The notes under the pieces were generated by a model that saw only the letters and a list, made by a program, of their open reading frames with translations, was not told where the DNA came from and did no database searches. From NCBI GenBank assembly GCA_964035545.1, contig OZ037771.1, positions 10,358,480 to 10,422,479 of the forward strand: DNA of 64,000 bases, in the 5' to 3' direction. This document shows, one piece after another, positions 27,226 through 37,890 of the stretch; the first letter of the stretch is position 1; the number at the start of each line of letters is the position of its first letter. This DNA comes from Bugula neritina. Lineage: Eukaryota; Animalia; Bryozoa. The translations under genes were made by a program, and so were the position numbers.

Positions 27226-28120
27226 CTCTCCTCACCTATCGAAAGGTACACTCTCTAACTAATACACAATTAAAAAAAGAATATAACACATGACAAAAAA
27301 AACAGTATAATATAAAATCAGTATCCTACTCGTTAGTCACAAGAGTTCCGACACATACACAATCTATTTACATCACCTCCACGAAGAATAAGTACCAGTT
27401 GCTACCAGTCAGAGGGGTATGGGGAAGTCGGGGTCGTCAGGTTTCTTTGCTAGTCGTATGTAGTTTAGTCACTTCAGCAGCCACCTGTTCCTGTTCTTTG
27501 CAGAGACGAGCCATACGTCACTGTAGCTTCTTTACATCCGTCGACAGGAACTGGTCGAGGCTAGTGTGTCGGTTAATCGGGCCACGGGTACTCTTCTTCT
27601 TCTACGGTCGGAGGGGGGGGGAGGTGGCTGCGTGACGGTAGGATCTATCTTCTAGTTCCTCAACCTTGCAGTCTCACCCGCAACAGAATGCCAGACTGTT
27701 GAAGGGGTTTGCACCTGTCAGTACGACACCTCGACCGAGTCTCGCAATCTACTAACCACTGATTAATAATAATCATGTGGCCGACTGCCCCACTCAAGTC
27801 GTCAGTGAATCACCTGACTTGGGAAACCAACTTTATCATTATGATAAAGCGAGACTGATTTAGGCTACTAGCTTGAATTCTACATAATTAATAGAATTAT
27901 ACTAGTAGACTTACCATAAGACAGCCCTGACTTTAGTCTGCTGCCCACTTAGGCTACGTAGTACGCCAGCCTGCCAAGTACATGCGTGCACGTTGGCAGT
28001 TGAAATAGAAAAGAACGCTTTTCGCAGTGAAAGTGATCACATAATACCTCCTTCACTAGCGAGCTGACTTCGCTCTTTCCTTTACCTCGCCCCCCAGACT
28101 TCTTTGTGAATGTCGCCATG

Positions 28121-28755
28121 CTACAGAATACTGTGCATGTCGACCAAGTCACACAAGAAGTCTTTTAAATAAGATGGTGGCGCCCTGGTACGTTGGCTAC
28201 GGTCCAACGGTACCGGGGAGTTTGCTGCGACTGGTGACTCTTCCACCACGGGTGGTGTCGCCAGTACGGGGGGGGGTCCACCAGTATGGGTGGCCCTCCC
28301 CCAGCTGCCTCTTCCTCATGATTTTGAGGAATTTCCATCTCGTCCGGGACGATGGGCCTGTCGACCGGCTCCACAGGTGGTGGGGCCGGCTCCGACAGGT
28401 CTTCAGGTGTGTCGGCCTCCTCTTCCTGGGGTGGAGGAGGTTGGGGCTGGTCGGCTGACGCATCAGCCGCCCCGTCCTGGTCTGGCAGTATCTCCTCGAT
28501 CTCTCGATACGCCATGGGTCGCCCCCTCATAGGAGGGTGCCTAGCTGGCTCTAAGAGAGGAGGTGCTTGACCTGCCGCATCAGGACTTGCCCAGTGAGGT
28601 TTTAGCCGTGCCTCGTTCTGGATCGACACTTGTCCAGACCGTTCCACTTTGTATGTATGGTTTGGCATTACCTCAATTACGCAGTAGGGACCTACGAACT
28701 TCGGCTGCAACTTGGCTGCCTGTCCGCGCCTGCGGCGATGACTGGTCATCCAGAC
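28121..28755 (-). pseudogene. Integrase C-terminal region of Gypsy-2 (GPY/F motif and tail) beyond the internal TAG
   Basis: In frame with pol: VWMTSH...KLQPKFVGPY; after a shift at the G9 run (28268-28276) it continues ...LDRSQRTRAPPSYLKDFLCDLVDMHSIL*, matching the plus-strand relative at 51700-51770. Confidence 0.85.
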
Positions 28756-31700
28756 CTAGTCCCCCACCTTGTATAAAGGTGGGTCGTCAGGGTCACCACT
28801 CCTGACCTGCCACTGCTGCTCACGTAGCACCTCGTGAGCCGTCCCCATGCGTTTTACGAGCTTGTCCACGTAGTCGTGGACATTGCTCTCGGGAGTCGGA
28901 ACATGATAGGTTACGTGCTCAGGAACCCTTGTTTCTCTCCCCAGCATGAGAAAATTAGGGGTCTCCAGTGTACTGGAGTGAGGGGTACTACGGTACGCTC
29001 GCATGATCTGCGGCAACACCAAGTCCCACTCTTCCTGGCTCCTACCGATAAGCAGGCTTCTCAGAGAGTCCCCTAGCATTCGGTTGTTCCGCTCCACAAC
29101 CCCGTTCCCTTGCGGGTGATACGGGGTCGTCCGACTCTGGTTTACCCCCCACACTTTACAGAGATCGCTCATGAGTTGCGACTGAAACTGGGCGCCTTGG
29201 TCAGAGTGTATCTGCTCCGGCAAGCCGAAATAGCAGAACACCTGCTGATCCAAGGCTCTGGCCACCGAGGGGGCCGACGCATCTGGAATAGCCAGTGCAT
29301 CAGCCCACCGCGTGAAATGGTCAGTTAATACCAGTATCCAGTTATTACCTCTCGCTGTTGTGGGCATGGGGCCTACCAGATCGACAGCAACCACCTGCCA
29401 CGGACGACCGGCATGGAGGCGACGCCTCCCTGCGGTCTCAGTGGGGCGGCCATGCTTGCTAGCTTGGCACACCTCGCACTTCCGCACCCGGAGTCGGACA
29501 TCCCGGGTCATACCGGGCCAAAACCACTGGAGTTGAAGACACCTGATCACCCGGCTAGCTCCTGCGTGAGCTTGCTTATGGGTGTCCCAGATCAACTCCC
29601 GCCTCAGAGCTGACGGGCAGACTACCCTCTCTCGTTCACTGCGATTGGTGCCGGCTGCCAACGTGATCGTTAGCAGCCCATCGCTGTTGAACCTGAGGGA
29701 GTCCCAGCGGTCACAGAAGTACTTAAACTCAGTACTCCTCACTCGCTGTTCGGCCTCACTCGGCCGCCGTCCCTCCTTCTTGGCCCGGACTAGGTCAGCT
29801 ACCACTCCTGGTAGCGTAGACTGGAGCCGACATAGCTCCCTGACGTTCCGAAGCAACGTGGGGTTTGCGTGAAGGTTGTTAACAGCTTTGTTGGGCGATT
29901 CGGACAGGAGTTGTCCTTCTTCCCAGCTGTACACACCCGCTTTCCCCAACTGCGCTTCGACGTCCGAGCGAGGGGGTCCACCATCCCTGCGCTCGATATT
30001 CTGGCATTGCTTACACCCATCTGCCTGGCGGCGGCTGAGTCCATCTGCATTACCGTGTTTCTTACCGGGTCGATGCTCGATCCGATAAGAAAACTCTGCC
30101 AGGATCTCTAGCCAGCGCGCCACTTGGCTTGATGGTTCTGCCCGTCGACACAGCCATATCAGGGACGCATGATCCGTCCGAAGCCGGAATGTGCGCCCAT
30201 ATAGATATGGTCTAAAGTGTTTGACCGCCTTGACTACTGCCAAGAGTTCCCTCCTGGTTGTACAGTAGTTCTTCTCAGGCGCCGACAGGGCCTTGCTATA
30301 GTAAGCCACCACCACCTCGCGACCATCTTGGACCTGCGATAGCACAGCCCCCACATTATGGTTACTGGCATCAGTATCCAAAATGTACTCCTTCGCAGGG
30401 TCAGGATACGCCAAGATGGGTGCTTCCACCAGGCGATCCTTCAGGTGGTCAAATGCCTTCTGCTCAGCCTGCGTCCACTGCCATCGCACCCCCTTCGCGG
30501 TCAGCCGATTTAACGGCTGTGCAATTCCGGCGAAGTCTGGTATGTACTGACGATAGTACCCTACCAGCCCCAGGAACGCCCGCAATTCAGAGAGGTCGAC
30601 AGGAACGGCCCAGTCCCTCACAGCCCGTACCTTCCCGGGGTCGGTGGCGACCCCGTCTCGACCAACTACATGGCCCAGGTACTTGACCTCGCGTTGCAGT
30701 AATGCACACTTCGAGGGCTTTAGCTTCAGTCTAGCAGCTCGGAGTCTGTCGAACACCTCCCTGAGTCGACTGACATGTGTGTCGAAGTCGGGGGAGATGA
30801 CGATGACATCATCGAGATAGATGAGCAAGGTCTTCCAGTGCAGTCTACTCAGGACCTGCTCCATGAGTCGCTGGAAGGTGGCTGGTGCGGACGTAAGTCC
30901 GAATGGCAACACCTTCCATTTCCAGAGCCCATCCCGCGTTATAAACGCGGCCTTGTCCTGTGCTTCAGGACTCAGGGGCACCTGCCAATACCCGCTTAGC
31001 AAATCCAACGTGCTGAAGAACTTGCTACCAGCTAAGGCATCGAGCGACTCATCGATCCTCGGGAGAGGGTAAGCGTCCTGGATGGTCACGCTGTTCAGCC
31101 TGCGATAGTCAACGCAAAACCTCCAGCTACCATCCTTTTTCCGAACCAGGACGACTGGAGAACTCCAGGCCCCATGGCCTGGCTCAATCAGGTCCCGGTT
31201 CAGAAGGTCTTGCACCTGACGGCTCACTTCTCTCTCCTTCTCAGGACCTAACCGGCGGGTCGGCTGCCGAATCGGCACCGTCCCCGCCGCCAGGGGTATC
31301 TCATGACAGACAGTCTCAGTCAGACCCATGTCATGGTTGCCGCAACTAAACACGTCCTTGTACTCAGAGAGTAGCCGCGCCATCTCCAGGCGTTCTCGCT
31401 TGCTCTCACAGCCATCACAGGCATCCTCGTACAACTCTGCTACGTGTTCAGGCACCGGCCCCCTGCCGTCTCTAGTGGGTACTCCCCGGGCGTCGTCCAC
31501 TGTTTCCAGCGCGGGCCCTACATCCTCCTCTTGCACGGAGTGGAACTTCCCTACTAGAGACCCAGCCGGTAATTCTACCGGCTCCGTGAAAGGGTTTACG
31601 CACTGGACCAGGAACTCCCCCCGCTCATCCAGTCTATTCAGACTGTTAGCGAGCTGGACGCCCCCCAGTGCACCTTCCACCACTCCGAGCTCGGAGATTT

Positions 31701-32628
31701 CCCTACAGTTCACTCTGCAGCGAACTGTAGCCCGGGAGCGCCCAGGTACAGTACAGCGCTGTACCACCTGCACTCCCCCCACCAAGGGTCGGCCAAATCG
31801 GTCGACACAGGCCAGCTCACGCCCCGCCATTACTACTGCCGACTTGCTAAAGTCTATGTAGCACCTGTGTCGTTTCAGAAATGGCATGCCCAAGATGGCA
31901 TCCTCCTTGAGTTGACTGACGATGAAGGTCTCACTGATCATCTGATCACGGACTCTACCAGTCAACTGGATTACCCCATAGAAAGGAATACACGACCCGT
32001 CCGCCAACGTGCCGTGCTCCCCTTCATATGGTTCTAGGCTAGCCCTGTCCCTGGCACTGAGAGTGTCGAAGAGACGTCGACTCAGTAGATTTGTGGTGCA
32101 CCCAGTATCCAACAGGAATGTGGCAGCTTTACCAGCAAGTTTGCCGGGGAGGAAATAGCTGCTTCCATATGGCTGAGCGCTCACTGAGCGGTTTGTCTCT
32201 TGAGGCGACACCTCATGTGCATGGAGTTGGGGATGCACCTGTGCTTTTCGGTTGCGAGGGGGTCGTCGACGTTGCATGGGCGGGCAGGGTACGTCTCGGT
32301 CTCGCTCACACACGGGCGGCCGAGTGAATTCTCGGACTGATGCTCGTGTGGGCAACCGAGGAAAATCCCTGTTGTGCTCCCATTCGTCGTTCACTCCCTC
32401 ATCAAGCAAACCTTCAAAGCGGTTTTTGAGTGCCCAAGCCGGAGGTATTGGTGGGCCTTGCGGCCGACTCACTCTCCTTGGGGCTTGCCACTCTGGCGAA
32501 GGCGGCCTCCTCACCCGGTGGGGTGGGGGCCGTAGCCTCTGCCTTGGGGGGTTAAACTGGGGCCCACGGTAGGCGGAAGTTACCGTGGGCCGTCGCTGTT
32601 TAACCGCTTCCCACTGCCGCGGGGGCAA
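28756..32628 (-). CDS. Pol of Gypsy-2 (-1 frame relative to gag): protease, RT, RNase H, integrase core
   Basis: LLDTGC, WRFCVDYRRLN, LDLLSGYWQV, YLDD, DTDAS, RTDH, HKQAH..CEVC, HSDQG, VERNNR; ends at an in-frame TAG before the GPY/F motif. Confidence 0.95.
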   Translation of the reverse strand: MPPRQWEAVKQRRPTVTSAYRGPQFNPPRQRLRPPPHRVRRPPSPEWQAPRRVSRPQGPPIPPAWALKNRFEGLLDEGVNDEWEHNRDFPRLPTRASVREFTRPPVCERDRDVPCPPMQRRRPPRNRKAQVHPQLHAHEVSPQETNRSVSAQPYGSSYFLPGKLAGKAATFLLDTGCTTNLLSRRLFDTLSARDRASLEPYEGEHGTLADGSCIPFYGVIQLTGRVRDQMISETFIVSQLKEDAILGMPFLKRHRCYIDFSKSAVVMAGRELACVDRFGRPLVGGVQVVQRCTVPGRSRATVRCRVNCREISELGVVEGALGGVQLANSLNRLDERGEFLVQCVNPFTEPVELPAGSLVGKFHSVQEEDVGPALETVDDARGVPTRDGRGPVPEHVAELYEDACDGCESKRERLEMARLLSEYKDVFSCGNHDMGLTETVCHEIPLAAGTVPIRQPTRRLGPEKEREVSRQVQDLLNRDLIEPGHGAWSSPVVLVRKKDGSWRFCVDYRRLNSVTIQDAYPLPRIDESLDALAGSKFFSTLDLLSGYWQVPLSPEAQDKAAFITRDGLWKWKVLPFGLTSAPATFQRLMEQVLSRLHWKTLLIYLDDVIVISPDFDTHVSRLREVFDRLRAARLKLKPSKCALLQREVKYLGHVVGRDGVATDPGKVRAVRDWAVPVDLSELRAFLGLVGYYRQYIPDFAGIAQPLNRLTAKGVRWQWTQAEQKAFDHLKDRLVEAPILAYPDPAKEYILDTDASNHNVGAVLSQVQDGREVVVAYYSKALSAPEKNYCTTRRELLAVVKAVKHFRPYLYGRTFRLRTDHASLIWLCRRAEPSSQVARWLEILAEFSYRIEHRPGKKHGNADGLSRRQADGCKQCQNIERRDGGPPRSDVEAQLGKAGVYSWEEGQLLSESPNKAVNNLHANPTLLRNVRELCRLQSTLPGVVADLVRAKKEGRRPSEAEQRVRSTEFKYFCDRWDSLRFNSDGLLTITLAAGTNRSERERVVCPSALRRELIWDTHKQAHAGASRVIRCLQLQWFWPGMTRDVRLRVRKCEVCQASKHGRPTETAGRRRLHAGRPWQVVAVDLVGPMPTTARGNNWILVLTDHFTRWADALAIPDASAPSVARALDQQVFCYFGLPEQIHSDQGAQFQSQLMSDLCKVWGVNQSRTTPYHPQGNGVVERNNRMLGDSLRSLLIGRSQEEWDLVLPQIMRAYRSTPHSSTLETPNFLMLGRETRVPEHVTYHVPTPESNVHDYVDKLVKRMGTAHEVLREQQWQVRSGDPDDPPLYKVGD
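32561..32604 (-). promoter_or_regulatory. Putative -1 programmed ribosomal frameshift signal (G UUA AAC, 6-nt spacer, 11-bp hairpin)
   Basis: Heptamer at 32598-32604 lies in the gag/pol overlap in the correct phase; perfect inverted repeat GGCCCACGGTA (32561-32571)/TACCGTGGGCC (32581-32591). Confidence 0.8.
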
Positions 32629-33449
32629 CTTCGTAGGAAGTGCCCACCACTACCACAGCCCCAGCATACGGGGCCGCGCTTGTCGTCGACAGCTACCGAC
32701 GACCTCTTGGGTCTCTCGGCTGTCGCCTGCTGGCGCAGTTGCCTGATCTCGGCTAGCAGTTCTCGAATCAAGCTCGTGGTTAAGCTAGATTCGTCTGCTG
32801 CTGCCGCTGCGACCTGTACAGCTGTCTTCGCTGGCGACGTCGACACGTTGTCTGCCCCGACCTGCTGTACTGTCGCACCAGGTCGACTTGCACTGTCGGC
32901 TTGGAAATAGGCATTCCCAAGCCTTAGAGCTCTCTCCATAGTCTCAACTTCGGCCACCAGCAGATGCTGTTTCAGACCGAGGTTGTTAATAGACTGGAGG
33001 AATGCATCCAGTGCTAGGCTCTGTCGACTGTTGGCAGGCAAGTCGCTGTAAGCAACTTGTGCCAGTCGTTCGACTACGGTAGCGTGCTCTCGCAGATTGG
33101 TCTTAGGATTTCTCCTAAGACTCTGCAGTTGCACGCGAGCATCTCGAGCGGTTAATCCAAACCTAGCTCGTAGTGCTTCAAATATGTCACCGACATTCTG
33201 GCTTATCCCATAGGGTTTAGCCGGCCCTGTCAGACACAACCGCAGCTGGATCAGAGTAACCCTGTTCGGCCATCCGCAGATGTCCGCCACATCACTAAAC
33301 TCAGTAATGAATTGCTCCACATCTTCTTCTCCTGAGAAGATGGGAGCCCGCAAGTGGTACCTGTCCATAGGCAGCGCTGGGCCGCCTATGTGATCCTCCT
33401 CTATTGCTGCTGGCTCCTGTCGGGGCGCGTCGACGACTTCGTCGGCCAT
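32580..33449 (-). CDS. Gag of Gypsy-2
   Basis: 289 aa; APIFSGEEDVEQFITEF capsid-like start; CWGCGSGGHFLRSC CCHC knuckle; ATG just downstream of the PBS. Confidence 0.93.
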   Translation of the reverse strand: MADEVVDAPRQEPAAIEEDHIGGPALPMDRYHLRAPIFSGEEDVEQFITEFSDVADICGWPNRVTLIQLRLCLTGPAKPYGISQNVGDIFEALRARFGLTARDARVQLQSLRRNPKTNLREHATVVERLAQVAYSDLPANSRQSLALDAFLQSINNLGLKQHLLVAEVETMERALRLGNAYFQADSASRPGATVQQVGADNVSTSPAKTAVQVAAAAADESSLTTSLIRELLAEIRQLRQQATAERPKRSSVAVDDKRGPVCWGCGSGGHFLRSCPRGSGKRLNSDGPR

Positions 33450-33483
33450 CTTACTCCCTGGCTAGGGGCATTTGTACTAAGTG

Positions 33484-33503
33484 GAATCCCACCGCTGCCA
33501 CCA
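33484..33503 (-). promoter_or_regulatory. Primer-binding site complementary to the tRNA-Leu 3' end
   Basis: Plus strand GAATCCCACCGCTGCCACCA matches, from recall, the 3' end of metazoan tRNA-Leu(AAG) plus CCA. Confidence 0.85.
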
Positions 33504-33504
33504 G

Positions 33505-34168
33505 TGTAGTGAATTTTGCCAGTTCACTATTATTATGTGTGGGTCAACTTAGACAAAGCCACTGCACCAGGTTGTTTACGATAAGATACACTTTATTATT
33601 TACACAAATACAAGAAAGTTATTTACTGCTAGCATGAATAGAAAACGATTACATAATTAGTGAGCTTTAATACGCAACTACTCTAAATGAAGTCCCAAGC
33701 TGCTCTGCCGGCTAGCTACTCAGCGCACTGCAACTACGAGTAGCTAGCTCCACCTGCTGTTAATTAGTGTGACTGTCCTGATTGGTGGTTACTAATGGTG
33801 CCACTGCTGTCCATAGTTACACTCCGACAGTGTCGAACTCTACTATAGCATACAATGTAGAGTTGACCTTTTCGATGCTAATTAACTCCATCCATAAGCA
33901 TAACGCTATCATCTTCTACTGAGCACACTAACTGTCAGTGCAAACCATCTACGCCTCCTACAGTTGTTGATTCCATTTAACTAGTCTTGCCTTGTTTAAC
34001 TGCGTGCATTAGTAGCTAGCAATAATTGTCCAGCAGATTGTACGCATTCCAATTGTCAGCTATTATGATAATTGATCTCCAGTACTTATAGCCATTATGC
34101 CAAGCGTATAGAGAGTAAGCCACAAAGAGTTATCCTTTCGATAATAACATAATCTGAAATCCATTACA
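33505..34168 (-). repeat. 5' LTR of Gypsy-2 (664 bp)
   Basis: Direct repeat of 26562-27225; followed on the minus strand after 1 nt by the PBS. Confidence 0.96.
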
Positions 34169-35029
34169 ATATAAAGTTATATCCAGAAGCATATAACAAA
34201 TAGAGAGCATTATACATAAATGCCAACTAGCAGTCAGCATTAATCTGCTAAAGGATATATTATAATTTGGTAGAAAGTAGGTAAAACTATATTCCTTGTT
34301 TAAAAATAAACTTTGCCAGGAAACTTAGCTGATAATGTGCTGGCGTTCATTCACTTGAAAAGCTGTTAGTAGAATTGGTTTATTAGCTGATGCATTTTGC
34401 ACAGACTTAAGAATTTTGCTATTCTAGCCAAAGTGCAAGAATTCTAAATATTTTCAACGTATAGCATCAAAGAAATGTTAACAGACCTGCAGCGTCTAAA
34501 GCAGTTTTACCAAGTTAAAAAGTTTAAAAATGTATCAGAAAGTATGCTATGAAACAGAACTTGCTAGGCAGCAGGTTGGAATAAAGTAGGTTTCTAAAGC
34601 ATCAAATTATGATTGACAATTGTTTTTTTCAAGGGAACTAATCTAGGAATTTAAGATTGGGTTTTAGCTGACCTTCAAAACATGTAGCTTTTGAGCTTGC
34701 ACTTGTATAGTATAAGCAATGGCAGAGTTAGTGAAGCGAGACTGCCGTGCACTCAAATACAAGGCATAATATTGAGATACAATAACAAGTCAGGAGCGTA
34801 TAAATTAAAAAGAATGTGGAAGGGGAACAATGTTTTTTTAAAAAGCTATAACTTGAAAATGAAGGCTCTTTCGAAAAAATTTAAACCGTATATTAGAGAA
34901 CATAAGTTGCTTTCTTTCTTCGTATCTTTTTTTGTTGCTGTTCGAGCTATCAGTAGAACATTGTTCATATAGAACATAAAGCATGCATCTGGCAGAGCCG
35001 GAAACTGAAAATCGTGACCTTAAACTAGC

Positions 35030-37890
35030 TGTGTCACACATTGTAATATGATGAACAATAATGTAATAAACAGTTTTATATTGTGATATATATACTGAAA
35101 TATACTTTAAAACACTCCAATGCACTGTAATCCAGTGTACTAGTCTGAAATATGCTGTAATCCAGCGTAGTACTATGCCATACATTGCCAGACAATGCAT
35201 TATCCTGCAAAATTCTGCAAGAAAATTTAAGACTTGGTTTTCCAATATTTTAAACTGTAATATACTGTAGTACACTGTAAAATGCTGTAACACACTGTAC
35301 TATACTAAAATATAATGTAATAAATTATAATACAGTGTTACACATTGTAGTGTACTGTAATATAATATTGTAACACATTCTTATACACTGTAAGATACAG
35401 TAATAGACTGTAATATTCTGTTATATATTGAAATATACTAAAACCTACTGTGATCCACTGTAACATACTGTATTATAGTGTAATGGAATGTAATACTTTG
35501 TCAGACAGTGTATCATTATGGAAGAAACTGTAAGATATGATAGTACAATGTAGTAAACTGTAAAATGCAATAATATACCAGCAATACTCTGTAATATGTT
35601 CAATATATTGCAAGACACTGGAAGATACTGAGAAATGTTGTAAAATACTGTGATAAACTGCGATGTAGTGTAATACAATGTCATAGGTTTTCAAAAACTT
35701 TAACATCCTACAATATTTTGTCAGAAATTATTGAATATTGCAGTTTGACGTAATAAACTATAATATATATTGTAATGCACTGTAATAGACTGCAATTCAC
35801 AATGAAATACTGAAATATTTTGTAATAAATTGTAATACAACGTTTATATACACTGTAATATAATGTAATTCATTGTAATATACTGAAACATGGTGTAACA
35901 CTCTGCAAAATAATGTAATGCGATATCATGCATTGTCAGACACTGTAATATCTTGTGACATTGTAAAAGAAACCGTAGAACATGATAACACGATGTAATA
36001 AACTCTAATATATGTACTTCAATACTCTGCATCTCACTGCAATATAATCTAAAACACCATAACATACTGTAATACATTGTATTAGACTGAAATATACTGT
36101 AATACAATGTAGTATACTGAAAGATAATCTAACACACTGTAACACCCTGTAATATACTTAGATATACTGTAATAAATTGTAATACAATGTTATGCATTGC
36201 AATATACTAAAGCATAATGTAATAAACAGCTTTATATTGTGATATGCTGAAATATACTGTAATACACTGCAATTAACTGTAAACCAGTGTACTAATGTAA
36301 TATACTAAAATATATTGTAAAACACTGAAACGTAATTAGCACACTGTAATGACCCTTAATATAAGGTACTGCAATGTCATACATTGTCAGACATTGTAAT
36401 ATCTTATATTATACTGTATGAAACTGTAAGACACAGTAATACATTGTAATGCACTATAATATACTGTACGTAATACCCTGTAATAGACTGAAGTATACTG
36501 TAATATATTTTAATGCAATGTTATCAACTGCGATATACTGTAATGCACAGTTTTATATTGTGACATGCTGTAATATACGGTAATACTGCAATACAATACA
36601 ATAAAGTGCAGTGCAGTATACTGCAATGCAGTGTCTTAGACTGAAATATACTGTAATACATTATAATATACTGAAAGATAATATAAGACGCTATAATACA
36701 CTGTAATATACTTAAATACACTGTAATGAATTGTAATGCAATGTTATACATTGTAACATACGAAAACATAATGTACTAAACAGTTTTGTAGTGTGAGATG
36801 CTGATATATACTGTAATACAATGCAGAGAACTGTAATTCAGCGTACTGGACTGAAATAGTCTGTAATATTATGCAATATACTGAAACATAATGCAACACA
36901 CTGTGTAATGTGATCTCATACATTGTCAGACATTGTAATAACCTGTAATATTGAATAAAAAACTGTGAAGCACTGTAAGACAATATAATATTCTGTAATA
37001 TATTTTAATACACTGAAATGCACTGCAATATAATGCAAAAAACTCTAATATACTGTAATACATTGTATTAGATTGAAATATAATGTAATACAATGTAGTG
37101 TACTGCAACATACTGTTACACACTGTACTATAGTGTAACATACTGTAAGACACTGCAATACATTGTAAAATGCTGTAAGGTACTGTAATACACTGGAATG
37201 CACTGTAATATACCGTAACGCATTGTAGCAGACTGAAACATAATATAATACATTGTAATATGGTTAAGCCTACTGCAATACACTTTGATATACTGTAACA
37301 CAGTGCGATACTATGTCATACATTGTCAGACAATGGATTATCCTGTTATGTTCTGTAAGGAAATAAAAGATAATATACAATATATTAAACTGTATTATAC
37401 TGTAGTACACTGTAAAATGTTGTAACACACTTTAATACACTGAAACATACTATAAAAAGTTGTAATACAGCTTTTCAGACTGTAATGGACTGTAATATAT
37501 TGTATTAAACTGCAGCTTATTTTAACACATTGTAATACATGGAAATATACGGTAACACACTGTTATACACTGTAAGATACTGCAATACACTGTAATGTTC
37601 TGTAATGCATTGTAGCATACCGCAACCTACTGTAACATAGTGTATTATAGTGAAATCGAATGTAGCACCTTGTCAGACACTGTAATATCCTGTATAATTT
37701 TTTAATAAACTGTAAGACACAGTAATACAATGTAATAAACTGCAATAAACTTTAATATACTGTTATACTCTGTAATATATTTAATATATTGCAAGACACT
37801 GTAATATACCGAAATATATTGTAGAACACTGTGACATACTGAGAAGTAGTGTAATACAATGTCATACATTGTCAGGCGCTTTAATATCCT
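35030..37890 (+). repeat. Satellite C, forward orientation
   Basis: Diverged 10-bp ACTGTAATAT/ACTGTAATAC units punctuated by the landmark TGTCATACATTGTCAGACA. Confidence 0.9.

Larger units (their letters stand above)
26562..34168 (-). mobile_element. Full-length Ty3/Gypsy LTR retrotransposon, Gypsy-2
   Basis: 664-bp LTRs 26562-27225 and 33505-34168 that appear identical; 4-bp TSD ATAT (26558-26561, 34169-34172); 20-nt PBS 33484-33503; PPT AGGTGAGGAGAG 27226-27237; separate gag and pol frames; order PR-RT-RH-IN; no env. Confidence 0.98.

Noticed and set aside
27790-27830. CTGACGA on the minus strand suggesting a hammerhead ribozyme core
   Set aside because: No correctly placed GAAA and three-stem junction; better explained as a simple CAAGTC/GACTTG hairpin
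27226-28120. env gene in the Gypsy-2 3' region
   Set aside because: No long ORF, signal peptide or transmembrane segment
28174-32910. Plus-strand and alternate-frame ORFs overlapping Gypsy-2 gag/pol
   Set aside because: Antisense shadows of a GC-rich coding region with no recognisable motifs
33484-33503. tRNA-Leu-like sequence
   Set aside because: Only the 3' 20 nt including CCA, adjacent to an LTR: a PBS, not a tRNA gene
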